This document shows, in pieces, positions 14,020 to 22,423 of a stretch of 35,910 nucleotides of DNA. The position numbers and the translations under genes were made by a program. Within the stretch, counting starts at the first letter, position 1. Each line of letters opens with the position of its first letter. Location: positions 1 through 35,910 of the forward strand of contig JAUXFK010000003.1 in assembly GCA_030623035.1 (NCBI GenBank). Direction: 5' to 3'. This stretch comes from Deltaproteobacteria bacterium (GTDB taxonomy: Bacteria > Desulfobacterota > UBA8473). The notes under the pieces are model-generated. The model did not search any database. It was given only the letters and a program-made list of their open reading frames with translations, and was not told where the DNA came from.

Positions 14020-15051
14020 GTGGGAACTACACTTTTGCGAGTTTTCCTGGTTTTATTCTGTTCCATTTGTGGTTATTATATTGTTTATGAATTTTTTGGC
14101 TCTTTATCCATGGCAATATTGGGAGCATTCGCAGGCCTGTTTATTTCTTCAACTGTAATTATTTTAGAGAAGAGCATTGTGAAATATCCGATGAGATCCA
14201 TAGTTGGGGGATGTATAGGGCTGATCATTGGTCTTATTATTGCAAATTTGTTTTCTTATGCATTTTTATTCGGATTACTCGGGGGACAGGTTCCCGGTCT
14301 TATAGTCCATATATTAACAAACTCCATTGTAGGTTATATCGGCCTGAGGGTGGGGAGCAAGAAAGGGGAGGAGCTCCAACTAGTTGATTTAACGACGTTT
14401 TATAAAAGGCATCCCGCTGCAGAGAGTATAAAAATCTTAGATACCAATGTTATTATAGATGGCAGAATAGCAGACATCTGTGAGACTGGATTCATTGAAG
14501 GGACATTTATCGTTCCCCATTTTATTCTCCATGAATTACAACTTATTGCCGATTCTTCTGATCCTATTAAGCGAACCAGAGGGAGGAGCGGCTTAGACAT
14601 ATTGGAAAGCATGCAAAAACAGGTTGATTTAGATGTGAGAATTATAGAGCAGGATTTTCCTAAGATAAAGGAGGTGGATGACAAGCTGGTAGCACTGGCT
14701 AAGGAAATGAAGGCAAAGGTCATTACAAATGATTTCAACCTCAACAAGGTAGCGCAGCTTCAAGGAGTATCCGTATTAAATATAAATCAATTGGCAAATG
14801 CCCTCAAGCCGGTCGTGCTTCCTGGAGAGGTTATGAATGTTCGGATACTGAAAGAAGGGAAGGAGTCGGGACAGGGGGTGGCATACCTCGATGACGGCAC
14901 AATGGTTGTGGTCGATAATGCGAAAAGATATGTAGGGAAAAAGGTCGAAGTATCTGTGACCAGTGTTCTACAAACTACTGCTGGAAGAATGATTTTTTCT
15001 GTCTTAAGAGAAGAAGCCTCCGATGGGATTGTACAGAATCTCGGTTATTAA
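14020..15051 (+). CDS. Membrane PIN/TRAM domain protein (YacL-like)
   Basis: Four TM helices, LDTNVIIDGRI PIN motif, QGVAYLDDGTMVVV TRAM region; RBS aggaggt with GTG start. Confidence 0.92.
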   Translation: MGTTLLRVFLVLFCSICGYYIVYEFFGSLSMAILGAFAGLFISSTVIILEKSIVKYPMRSIVGGCIGLIIGLIIANLFSYAFLFGLLGGQVPGLIVHILTNSIVGYIGLRVGSKKGEELQLVDLTTFYKRHPAAESIKILDTNVIIDGRIADICETGFIEGTFIVPHFILHELQLIADSSDPIKRTRGRSGLDILESMQKQVDLDVRIIEQDFPKIKEVDDKLVALAKEMKAKVITNDFNLNKVAQLQGVSVLNINQLANALKPVVLPGEVMNVRILKEGKESGQGVAYLDDGTMVVVDNAKRYVGKKVEVSVTSVLQTTAGRMIFSVLREEASDGIVQNLGY

Positions 15052-15100
15052 ATGTTTGCAAAAGAGACAGGGTTTTAAAAGGTTCCAAAATGAGGAGTCG

Positions 15101-15784
15101 ATGAGGGTTGTTGTCCTGGTCCCCGCTGCAGGAATGGGAAAGAGAATGAGGCGCTGCATCAGTAAGCCATTTCTTCATATAGGGGGTAAAGCGATATTAG
15201 CCAGGACCCTTTTACAGTTTGAAGACTCAGACAGTGTTAACGAGGTTTATGTTATTATCTCTAAAATGGAGGAGCGTCGCTGTAAAGAAGAGATCATAGA
15301 AAAATACAATCTGAAAAAGGTGACTAAAATCGTTATCGGTGGTAATGAAAGGCAGGTTTCTGTTAAAAACGGTCTCGATGCAATTGAACAGGGCTGTGAT
15401 GTGGTGATGATACATGATGGCAACCGTCCATTTATTACCTCCCAGCTTATAGATGAATCGATATCAAAAACCATAGGGTACGGTGCAACTGTAGTCTCAA
15501 TTCCAGTAAAGGACACGGTTAAGGCCGTCTCTTCTGATGGGGAGATTATAGACACATTGGATCGAAAGAAACTCTGGCTTGCCCAGACCCCTCAGACTTT
15601 TCAATATGATATTATAAAAAAGGCATACGAAAATGCCTTTTTAAATAATCTGTCTTCTTATGATGATTCCTCTTTAGTGGAGCTTTTAGGGATAAAGGTT
15701 AGAACCATAATGGGTTCTTATAAGAACATTAAGATTACAACACCCGAGGATCTGATTATAGCTGAGGCCTTTCTGAAGGATTGA
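15101..15784 (+). CDS. ispD: 2-C-methyl-D-erythritol 4-phosphate cytidylyltransferase
   Basis: PAAG.GKRM, HDG.RP, AQTPQ and NIKITTPED motifs. Start moved to ATG 15101 behind the RBS gaggag. Confidence 0.95.
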   Translation: MRVVVLVPAAGMGKRMRRCISKPFLHIGGKAILARTLLQFEDSDSVNEVYVIISKMEERRCKEEIIEKYNLKKVTKIVIGGNERQVSVKNGLDAIEQGCDVVMIHDGNRPFITSQLIDESISKTIGYGATVVSIPVKDTVKAVSSDGEIIDTLDRKKLWLAQTPQTFQYDIIKKAYENAFLNNLSSYDDSSLVELLGIKVRTIMGSYKNIKITTPEDLIIAEAFLKD

Positions 15785-15798
15785 GAAGTCAATCCCTT

Positions 15799-15879
15799 AG
15801 TGCTCTAACTCGTAAATTCGGTGTCGTATTTTAGGTCAGAGTTCCGATCGTTGACCCGTCGGATTCGGGGGACCCTAAA
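15799..15879 (+). repeat. Module C (81 bp), copy 1
   Basis: Reverse complement of 18681-18761 with 2 mismatches. Confidence 0.92.
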
Positions 15880-16230
15880 GTGTAAAGTGCCTAAAGTGAG
15901 CTAAAGTGCCTAAAGTTAAAATATTCTAAGTGACTATTGAGTTAACTCCGAATAAAAGAAATTTCATGTTAATTATTAAAGGGATAGCATTATTAGAAAT
16001 TTATTGGACGCTCTCGTCTCTTATTTTTTAGAATCGAGACGTTACCCATAATGTTTTCGGAGCGAATTCAATAACCATTATATTATATTTTGATTTCATT
16101 CTTAAAATCCGCTCTGATTCTTGTCCTGTTTGCTTTATGGCTGTTTGCTCTAATCGAAGTTCCGTAATACATGACTAATGCTCTGAAAGCGTATCCCTTA
16201 ACTTTAGTTCACTTTAGGCACTTTAAACTT
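15876..16230 (+). mobile_element. Family B element with tandem (c)taaagtg terminal arrays, interrupted by a nested insertion
   Basis: Left taaagtgcctaaagtgagctaaagtgcctaaagtt; right aactttagttcactttaggcacttta. Core nearly identical to 18546-18684. Confidence 0.88.
15929..16079. mobile_element. Nested 151-bp MITE with A1-type ends
   Basis: Ends tgactattgagttaactc / tcaataaccatt. Flanks atattcta / atattata. The empty site is visible at ~18539-18546. Confidence 0.85.
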
Positions 16231-16250
16231 TTAGGTATTAAGGCCGGTTT

Positions 16251-16730
16251 ATGAGAATAGGTTTTGGTTATGATGTCCATCAGTTGGTTGAAGGCAGGAA
16301 GCTTATATTAGGCGGAGTTGATATACCCTTTCATTTGGGGTTGCTGGGGCATTCTGATGGTGATGTTCTTCTTCATGCAATCTGTGATGCTATACTGGGG
16401 GCTATTGGAGCGGGGGATTTGGGGAAACATTTCCCTGAAAGCGATCTCAAGTTAAAAGGTATATGCAGCATGGAATTGCTCGGGGTGGTAAGAATCTTAA
16501 AAAAAGATAGAGGGTTCAGGATCAATAATATTGATTCTACAATCGTCGCCCAAAATCCTAAATTGGCGGATTATATTGACAGGATGGTTGAAAACATTGC
16601 CGGTGTTTTGGGTATGAATACCGGTAAAGTGAATGTGAAAGCCACAACTACAGAAGGGTTGGGGTTTGCTGGTAAGGGGGAGGGGATTGCTGCTTATGCA
16701 GTGGTTTTAGTAAGATCGATTGAAGATTAA
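16251..16730 (+). CDS. ispF: 2-C-methyl-D-erythritol 2,4-cyclodiphosphate synthase
   Basis: MRIG.GYDVH, GHSDGDV and KATTTEGLG motifs. Confidence 0.97.
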   Translation: MRIGFGYDVHQLVEGRKLILGGVDIPFHLGLLGHSDGDVLLHAICDAILGAIGAGDLGKHFPESDLKLKGICSMELLGVVRILKKDRGFRINNIDSTIVAQNPKLADYIDRMVENIAGVLGMNTGKVNVKATTTEGLGFAGKGEGIAAYAVVLVRSIED

Positions 16731-16764
16731 AAGGCCCCTCTTCGAAGTCTTTTGTTGTAATATC

Positions 16765-16843
16765 GTATTATTTTAGCCTTATGAAACAGAAAGCACTGGC
16801 CAAGCTTCAACTGCAATCAAATTTTAAAAAGCTAAACTGTTAC
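16765..16843 (-). mobile_element. Internally deleted A2 element (ends only)
   Basis: Reverse complement of about 4927-4988 joined to the reverse complement of about 4714-4732. Confidence 0.88.
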
Positions 16844-16876
16844 AAATTAATAAAGGGCATATAGTAGGTAACCGAT

Positions 16877-17581
16877 TTGCTTAGATCCATATACTTCTGG
16901 ATTGTTATTACCGTTATTACCATATTATACCTGCCTGTGGTAGCCTTGAGTCTCCCCTTCAACAAAAGGGGAAGGGTGACACGGTTTCATGTTAATACCT
17001 GGGGCGGGTTGTGTCTCTTTGCCAGTGGTGTGAAGCTTCGAGTAACCGGCATGGAGAACATTATTCAGGATAAACCTCAGATATTAATGTCAAACCACCA
17101 GAGTATGCATGATATTTTTGCATTATGTGCATTGCCGCTTTCCTATAAGTGGTTGGCAAAGAAGGAACTTTTTAAGGTTCCCATTTTCGGTTGCCTGTTG
17201 TACATGATAGGCTGTGTCAGTGTTGACAGGTTTAATCCCCAAAAGGCAAAAAAGGGCATGGATGCTGCTCAGGCTAAAATTCAAAGTGGGGCATCAATAA
17301 TGATCTTTCCCGAGGGAACGAGAAGTTATGATGGTAGACTGCAGCCTTTTAAAAAAGGTGGATTCCTGCTGGCCTTGAAGAAGAAAATCCCCATAGTCCC
17401 GATTACAATCAAAGGCAGCAATGAGATCATGAAGAAGGGGACTATGAAGGTTCATCCAGGAGATATAGATATTATAATTGATGAGCCGATAGAAACCAAA
17501 GATTTACGAGTTAGAGACAGGAGAGACCTTGTTCAAAAGGTTTATGATATAATCAGTAGAAATCTAGGTGAAGATGTCTGA
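16877..17581 (+). CDS. plsC: 1-acyl-sn-glycerol-3-phosphate acyltransferase
   Basis: NHQSMHD and FPEGTRS motifs; TTG start. Confidence 0.92.
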   Translation: MLRSIYFWIVITVITILYLPVVALSLPFNKRGRVTRFHVNTWGGLCLFASGVKLRVTGMENIIQDKPQILMSNHQSMHDIFALCALPLSYKWLAKKELFKVPIFGCLLYMIGCVSVDRFNPQKAKKGMDAAQAKIQSGASIMIFPEGTRSYDGRLQPFKKGGFLLALKKKIPIVPITIKGSNEIMKKGTMKVHPGDIDIIIDEPIETKDLRVRDRRDLVQKVYDIISRNLGEDV

Positions 17582-17634
17582 ATATTAAATCCCCTTAAAA
17601 GCGATGCTTGATATGGTTTTAAAAGGATGCTTTA

Positions 17635-18465
17635 ATGACGGTTCCCCATGCGATTATCTTAGGAATTCTTCAGGGGCTGACGGAATTTTTGCCTGTAAGT
17701 AGCTCAGGACATTTGGTTATTGCGCAGCATTATTTAACGGGATTTAATCAGCCGGGGATCCTATTCGATGTTATGTTTCATATGGGGACGCTATTCGCAG
17801 TTCTGATATACTACAAAAAGGATATCTTCCTTATTTTAAAGTCAATCTTCGATGGGTTTCATGTCCGGCGAGGGTATAAAGATAAAGACTGTGATATATA
17901 TAGATCACAGCGAAGATTTGCGTTATTGATTGTTGTGGGGACTCTTCCCACAATTGCAGTCGGGTTTTTATTTAGGGATCATGTTGGGATTTTATTCGAT
18001 TCTGTTAAGTTCACTGCGTCCATGTTAATTGTAACAGGCATACTTCTGGCTTTTGCGGATCGTATCAAGGTAAAAAAGCGAGATGTAAAAGCCTTAACCC
18101 TTAAGGATTCTCTTCTCATTGGCTTCGTTCAGGGGCTCTCGATTACACCCGGTATTTCTCGGTCAGGTTCTACAATCGCTACAGGCCTGTTCAGAGGGAT
18201 TGATGGTGAAGAAGCTGCAAGATTTTCTTTTTTGCTTTCAATCCCAGCCATTCTGGGAGCAACAGCACTGGAAATTCCGGAAATCTTACACATTAAGGCT
18301 GGTGATATCCTGGCCTGTACAATTGGTACTTTTACTGCTATGATAACAGGTATCCTGGCCATACGGTTTTTTATCAGGATATTAAAGCAGCAAAAGTTAA
18401 GATACTTTGCTTATTATTGTTGGGGTCTTGGATCAATGGTTATACTGCTTAATTTTTTATCATAG
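17635..18465 (+). CDS. uppP: Undecaprenyl-diphosphate phosphatase
   Basis: QGLTEFLPVSSSGH and PGISRSGST motifs. Confidence 0.96.
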   Translation: MTVPHAIILGILQGLTEFLPVSSSGHLVIAQHYLTGFNQPGILFDVMFHMGTLFAVLIYYKKDIFLILKSIFDGFHVRRGYKDKDCDIYRSQRRFALLIVVGTLPTIAVGFLFRDHVGILFDSVKFTASMLIVTGILLAFADRIKVKKRDVKALTLKDSLLIGFVQGLSITPGISRSGSTIATGLFRGIDGEEAARFSFLLSIPAILGATALEIPEILHIKAGDILACTIGTFTAMITGILAIRFFIRILKQQKLRYFAYYCWGLGSMVILLNFLS

Positions 18466-18495
18466 TACACGCATTCTTAAATATGATTACGTATT

Positions 18496-18684
18496 AAGTT
18501 TAAAGTGCCTAAAATGAGCTAAAGTGCCTAAAGTTAAAATATTCTATTTTGATTTCATTCTTAAAATCCGCTCTGATTCTTGCCATGTTTGCTTTATGGT
18601 AGTTTGCTCTAATGGAAGTTCCGTAATACATGACTAATGCTCTGAAAGCGTATTCCTTAACTTTAGTTCACTTTAGGCACTTTA
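18496..18684 (+). mobile_element. Family B element, uninterrupted copy
   Basis: Same terminal taaagtg arrays and core as 15876-16230, without the nested insert. Confidence 0.88.
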
Positions 18685-18761
18685 GGGTTCCCCGAATCCG
18701 ACGGGTCAACGATCGGAACTCTGACCTAAAATACGACACCGAATTTACGAGCTAGAGCACT
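18681..18761 (-). repeat. Module C (81 bp), copy 2, inverted
   Basis: Reverse complement of 15799-15879. Confidence 0.92.
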
Positions 18762-18818
18762 TAACCGGCAGTAAGGTTTCGGATAAAAGGATAAAGTGGC
18801 CGGAATAAAAGAGATAGG

Positions 18819-21092
18819 ATGGATTTAAAAAAGAATAGAGATATAAGACCTGGCAATAAGTACAAAGCGGGTAAAATGGCATCTTTTTCATTAAAAAACA
18901 GGATCGTTAGAGAGATTGTTGGATTGGTAATCTTTGGTCTGGCTGTTTTTATAACTTCCAGCCTGATCTCTTATGACCCTAAAGATCCATCCTTTAACAG
19001 CTATGTCTCTAATGTAGAAAAAGTCAATAACCTGTGGGGTATTACCGGGGCTTATCTGTCTGATGGTATCTTACAGGTTTTTGGTCTGGCTTCCTATCTT
19101 TTCTCGATCATTCTCTTTGTTGTATCTTTGCGATTATTCTTTATAAAAGAGTTCAGGTTTAATTATTACAAGTTAATCGCCTATGTCCTGTTGATTTTAG
19201 CAACAACCGGGATATTGAGCTTGAGGTTTAATAATCTAAGGATTTTTGATCAGCCGGTTATATCAGGTGGAGTTCTGGGCGGGGTATTGGTCAGTGAACT
19301 GGAGAGATACTTTAATCGAATGGGTGCATATACGCTCCTTGTGTTGGTCTTTGTTTCCTCCTTAATGGTCAGTGTGAATATATCATTATTGTGGGTTGGA
19401 AAGAAAACCAAGAACTTGTTTTTAACCGCATTGGGAGGGCTCAAAGTTTTTTATGTCAAATACAAAGAGAAGTTTAAACGTCCGAAAGAAAAACTTTCTA
19501 AAAAGAAGAAAAATAAGAGGACTTATAAGTCTAAGTCACCTGCTATCATAGATTCTTCGCAAAAGAGTCAGAGAGTTAAAGAAGATGTAGAATTGAAACA
19601 GGAAGAGTTTGATATCCCAAGGCCAAAAGGTACTTATCAATTTCCCCCCTTGTCGCTTTTGGACACTCAGGAGCAGAAGAGAACCAGAATAGATCGAGAG
19701 AGTCTGGTAATGAACTCAAAGATTCTTGAGAAGAAACTCCTTGATTTTGGAGTAGAGGGCAAGGTTACGGAGGTAAGGCCGGGGCCGGTCATAACCATGT
19801 ATGAATTTGAACCTGCACCAGGGGTTAAGATCAATCGAATCGTTAACCTTTCAGATGATCTGGCATTGGCACTCAGGGCGATTAGTATCCGGATTGTGGC
19901 TCCTATACCTGGTAAGTCTGTTGTAGGCATAGAAATACCAAATTCTGTCAGAGAGACAGTCTTTTTTAAGGATATAGTAGATAAAGATGTTTTCTACAAA
20001 GCCGGCTCTAACTTGACTGTAATTTTAGGGAAGGATATCTTTGGAAACCCGGTAGTCACTGACCTTGTAAAGATGCCACACCTGTTGATAGCCGGAGCAA
20101 CAGGAACTGGGAAGAGTATTTCAGTAAACTCTATGATTTGCAGTCTCCTGTTTAAGGCTGACCCGGATGAAGTGAAGATGATAATGATAGACCCAAAGAG
20201 ACTGGAACTATCCGTTTACGGAGGAATCCCCCATCTTTTATGCGAGGTGGTTACTGAGGCGAAACAAGCTGCAACAGTATTGAAATGGCTGGTTGAAGAG
20301 ATGGAGCGCAGGTATCGCCTGCTTGCAGAAAAAGGGGTGAGGAACATAGAGCGTTATAATCAGAAACTTGACAGTGAGTCAATAGATCCGGCCCGGGTAA
20401 TCGTAGATTTAAAGAAGGATGCTTCATCTGATGATGGATTAGAATCCGGGGAGAAGTTACCTTATATCGCTGTAATAATTGATGAACTGGCAGATCTGAT
20501 GATGGTTTCGTCAAAGGAAGTTGAAGAGTCAATTGCAAGATTAGCGCAGATGGCAAGAGCTGCTGGTATTCATCTGGTAGTCGCTACCCAACGTCCTTCC
20601 GTAGATGTGTTGACCGGCATAATTAAGGTTAATTTCCCTGCAAGGATTTCCTTCCAGGTTTCGTCCAAGGTTGACTCACGTACGATATTGGATACAAACG
20701 GTGCAGAGCACTTATTGGGATCAGGTGATATGCTTTTTATGCTGCCGGGCACGGCAAAGATTCAACGGATTCATGGGGCATACCTTTCGGAAAAAGAGAT
20801 AAAGAGAGTGGTCGATTTTATAAAGGAGCAGGGGATGCCGGTTTACAACCAATCTATGCTGGAACCCAAGGAAGATGTTCATGCAAAAAACAGTCTTGAG
20901 TATGACGAAAAGTATGATGAAGCTCTGGAACTGGTAGCCAATACAAAACAGGCTTCGATCTCAATGGTTCAGAGGCATCTAAGAATAGGTTATAATAGAG
21001 CGGCCAGGATAATTGAGAAGATGGAAGAAGAGGGAGTAGTTGGACCGTCCGATGGTGTGAAACCAAGGAAGGTCTTGATAAACAGGCTTTGA
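18819..21092 (+). CDS. ftsK: DNA translocase FtsK
   Basis: 4TM N-terminus, AGATGTGKS, DELADLMM, ATQRPSVDV and gamma domain IGYNRAAR. Confidence 0.97.
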   Translation: MDLKKNRDIRPGNKYKAGKMASFSLKNRIVREIVGLVIFGLAVFITSSLISYDPKDPSFNSYVSNVEKVNNLWGITGAYLSDGILQVFGLASYLFSIILFVVSLRLFFIKEFRFNYYKLIAYVLLILATTGILSLRFNNLRIFDQPVISGGVLGGVLVSELERYFNRMGAYTLLVLVFVSSLMVSVNISLLWVGKKTKNLFLTALGGLKVFYVKYKEKFKRPKEKLSKKKKNKRTYKSKSPAIIDSSQKSQRVKEDVELKQEEFDIPRPKGTYQFPPLSLLDTQEQKRTRIDRESLVMNSKILEKKLLDFGVEGKVTEVRPGPVITMYEFEPAPGVKINRIVNLSDDLALALRAISIRIVAPIPGKSVVGIEIPNSVRETVFFKDIVDKDVFYKAGSNLTVILGKDIFGNPVVTDLVKMPHLLIAGATGTGKSISVNSMICSLLFKADPDEVKMIMIDPKRLELSVYGGIPHLLCEVVTEAKQAATVLKWLVEEMERRYRLLAEKGVRNIERYNQKLDSESIDPARVIVDLKKDASSDDGLESGEKLPYIAVIIDELADLMMVSSKEVEESIARLAQMARAAGIHLVVATQRPSVDVLTGIIKVNFPARISFQVSSKVDSRTILDTNGAEHLLGSGDMLFMLPGTAKIQRIHGAYLSEKEIKRVVDFIKEQGMPVYNQSMLEPKEDVHAKNSLEYDEKYDEALELVANTKQASISMVQRHLRIGYNRAARIIEKMEEEGVVGPSDGVKPRKVLINRL

Positions 21093-21117
21093 ATTAAACA
21101 CACACCGGAGAAAAACA

Positions 21118-21804
21118 TTGAGAGTTTTTAGGATTATTTTGCTTTTTGGAGCGTTATTCGTTTTACCTGTTTTATTTCCAGAGTTGGCTTCAGGTATTGT
21201 GCTGGAAGAGATTATTGATAAAGTTCAGGGTGTTTATAAAGGGACAAAGGACTTTAAAGCAGAGTTTATTCAAGAATCTATCATCAAGTCGATAGATAAA
21301 ACCGAAGTCTCGAAGGGGAAGATATATTTTAAAAATCCAGGAAAACTCCGCTGGGATTATGATGTTCCTGACAGACAGGAGATTGTTACAGATGGGAAGA
21401 CCCTCTGGATGTATGTGCCTCAAGACAGACAGGTGATGATAAATAAACTCTCCGATGTATATCAATCCAACACCTCTACCTTCTTTCTGTTTGGAATGGG
21501 AGACCTAAAGAGAGATTTTTATATCCATTTGGTCAAACCTGATTCTAATGATGTAGAAAAAGGGTATATATTAAAACTCACCCCAAAAGAGTCACAGCCG
21601 AATATCAGCGAGTTGTTTCTTTTAATAGATAAGGCTACCTTCCAGGTTATAGAAACCTATTTTTACGATTTTTATGAAAATTTTATTCGAATCAAGTTTA
21701 AAAATGCCGTAATAAACAGAGGTTTATCAGATTCGTTATTTGTCTTTACCATCCCTAAAGGTGTAGAGGTTTTAGAGGCGCCCCAGATGTTCGAAGAGCA
21801 ATAA
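21118..21804 (+). CDS. lolA: Outer membrane lipoprotein carrier LolA family protein
   Basis: Signal peptide, F.Q...G..YF.NPGKLRWDY, DGKTLW and F.F..PKG motifs; follows ftsK. Confidence 0.88.
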   Translation: MRVFRIILLFGALFVLPVLFPELASGIVLEEIIDKVQGVYKGTKDFKAEFIQESIIKSIDKTEVSKGKIYFKNPGKLRWDYDVPDRQEIVTDGKTLWMYVPQDRQVMINKLSDVYQSNTSTFFLFGMGDLKRDFYIHLVKPDSNDVEKGYILKLTPKESQPNISELFLLIDKATFQVIETYFYDFYENFIRIKFKNAVINRGLSDSLFVFTIPKGVEVLEAPQMFEEQ

Positions 21805-21817
21805 AACCTTGATATAT

Positions 21818-21950
21818 CTTCCCTTCCTGCCCTCTATAGGGGGCAGGGCCCTGTACTGCGGGGATCGCGAACCTGTCCCCACAGTTCCGAATCATTTACT
21901 GACCGCCGGAGGCATAGTCATAGACAGGGCGCGCAGCCCGGAAGAGAAAG
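21818..21950 (-). ncRNA. Candidate structured ncRNA (family unassigned; 6S-like possible)
   Basis: GC-rich island. Minus-strand stems ctttctcttcc/ggaagggaag, gccctgt/acagggc, actgtggg/cccgcagt and ctgccc/gggcag; G-U pairs favour the minus strand. Confidence 0.5.
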
Positions 21951-22051
21951 CCTGGTCGATACTTAACCCTCCCCTTCAAATTGTCATTTTTTAATTGACA
22001 AAAACCAAATCTTTTGTATTGTTTCTTCGTTTAATCTGAATGAAAAACATC

Positions 22052-22203
22052 GTAACTGTTTAGCCGGATAGTGATTTGTATGGTCTTTGACGAGCATTTT
22101 TGAGTTATTTTGTTAAAGATTCAAATGCCTTCCTTGACCTTGAACAAAATTGCTCATTTCTGGATAGACACTCGTTAGCCCTTTAAAATGGCTAAACAAT
22201 TAC
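22052..22203. mobile_element. Family E MITE containing a family D end
   Basis: TIRs gtaactgtttagcc / ggctaaacaattac. Perfect 8-bp duplication aaaacatc at 22044-22051 and 22204-22211. 22127-22172 is the reverse complement of the D left arm. Confidence 0.85.
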
Positions 22204-22378
22204 AAAACATCAGGAAAAAGGAGTGGTTGTGTTTGAATCAGCAAAAGAGATATTGCTCAAGAAATATCTCTTGATTTTTTTGATAGATTTATTATAATTG
22301 AGAAAAGATTGTTGATTATGACGTTTTTTTAAAGAAATAAAACACAATGAGGTGTAATCTTTTTTGGGGAATAGGAGG

Positions 22379-22402
22379 CAGGGCTTCTTGCCCTGTTTTT
22401 TT
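22379..22402 (+). terminator. Intrinsic terminator-like hairpin just upstream of rfaE1
   Basis: cagggc-ttctt-gccctg followed by T7. Confidence 0.6.
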
Positions 22403-22423
22403 ATGGATTTAGGGCAGATGTAG

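Noticed and set aside
15876-18684. CRISPR-like reading of the short repeats
   Set aside because: There are no spacers and no cas genes, and the units are only 7-10 bp.
21809-21994. 61-aa ORF
   Set aside because: It has a TTG start with no RBS and is better explained by the GC-rich RNA structure.
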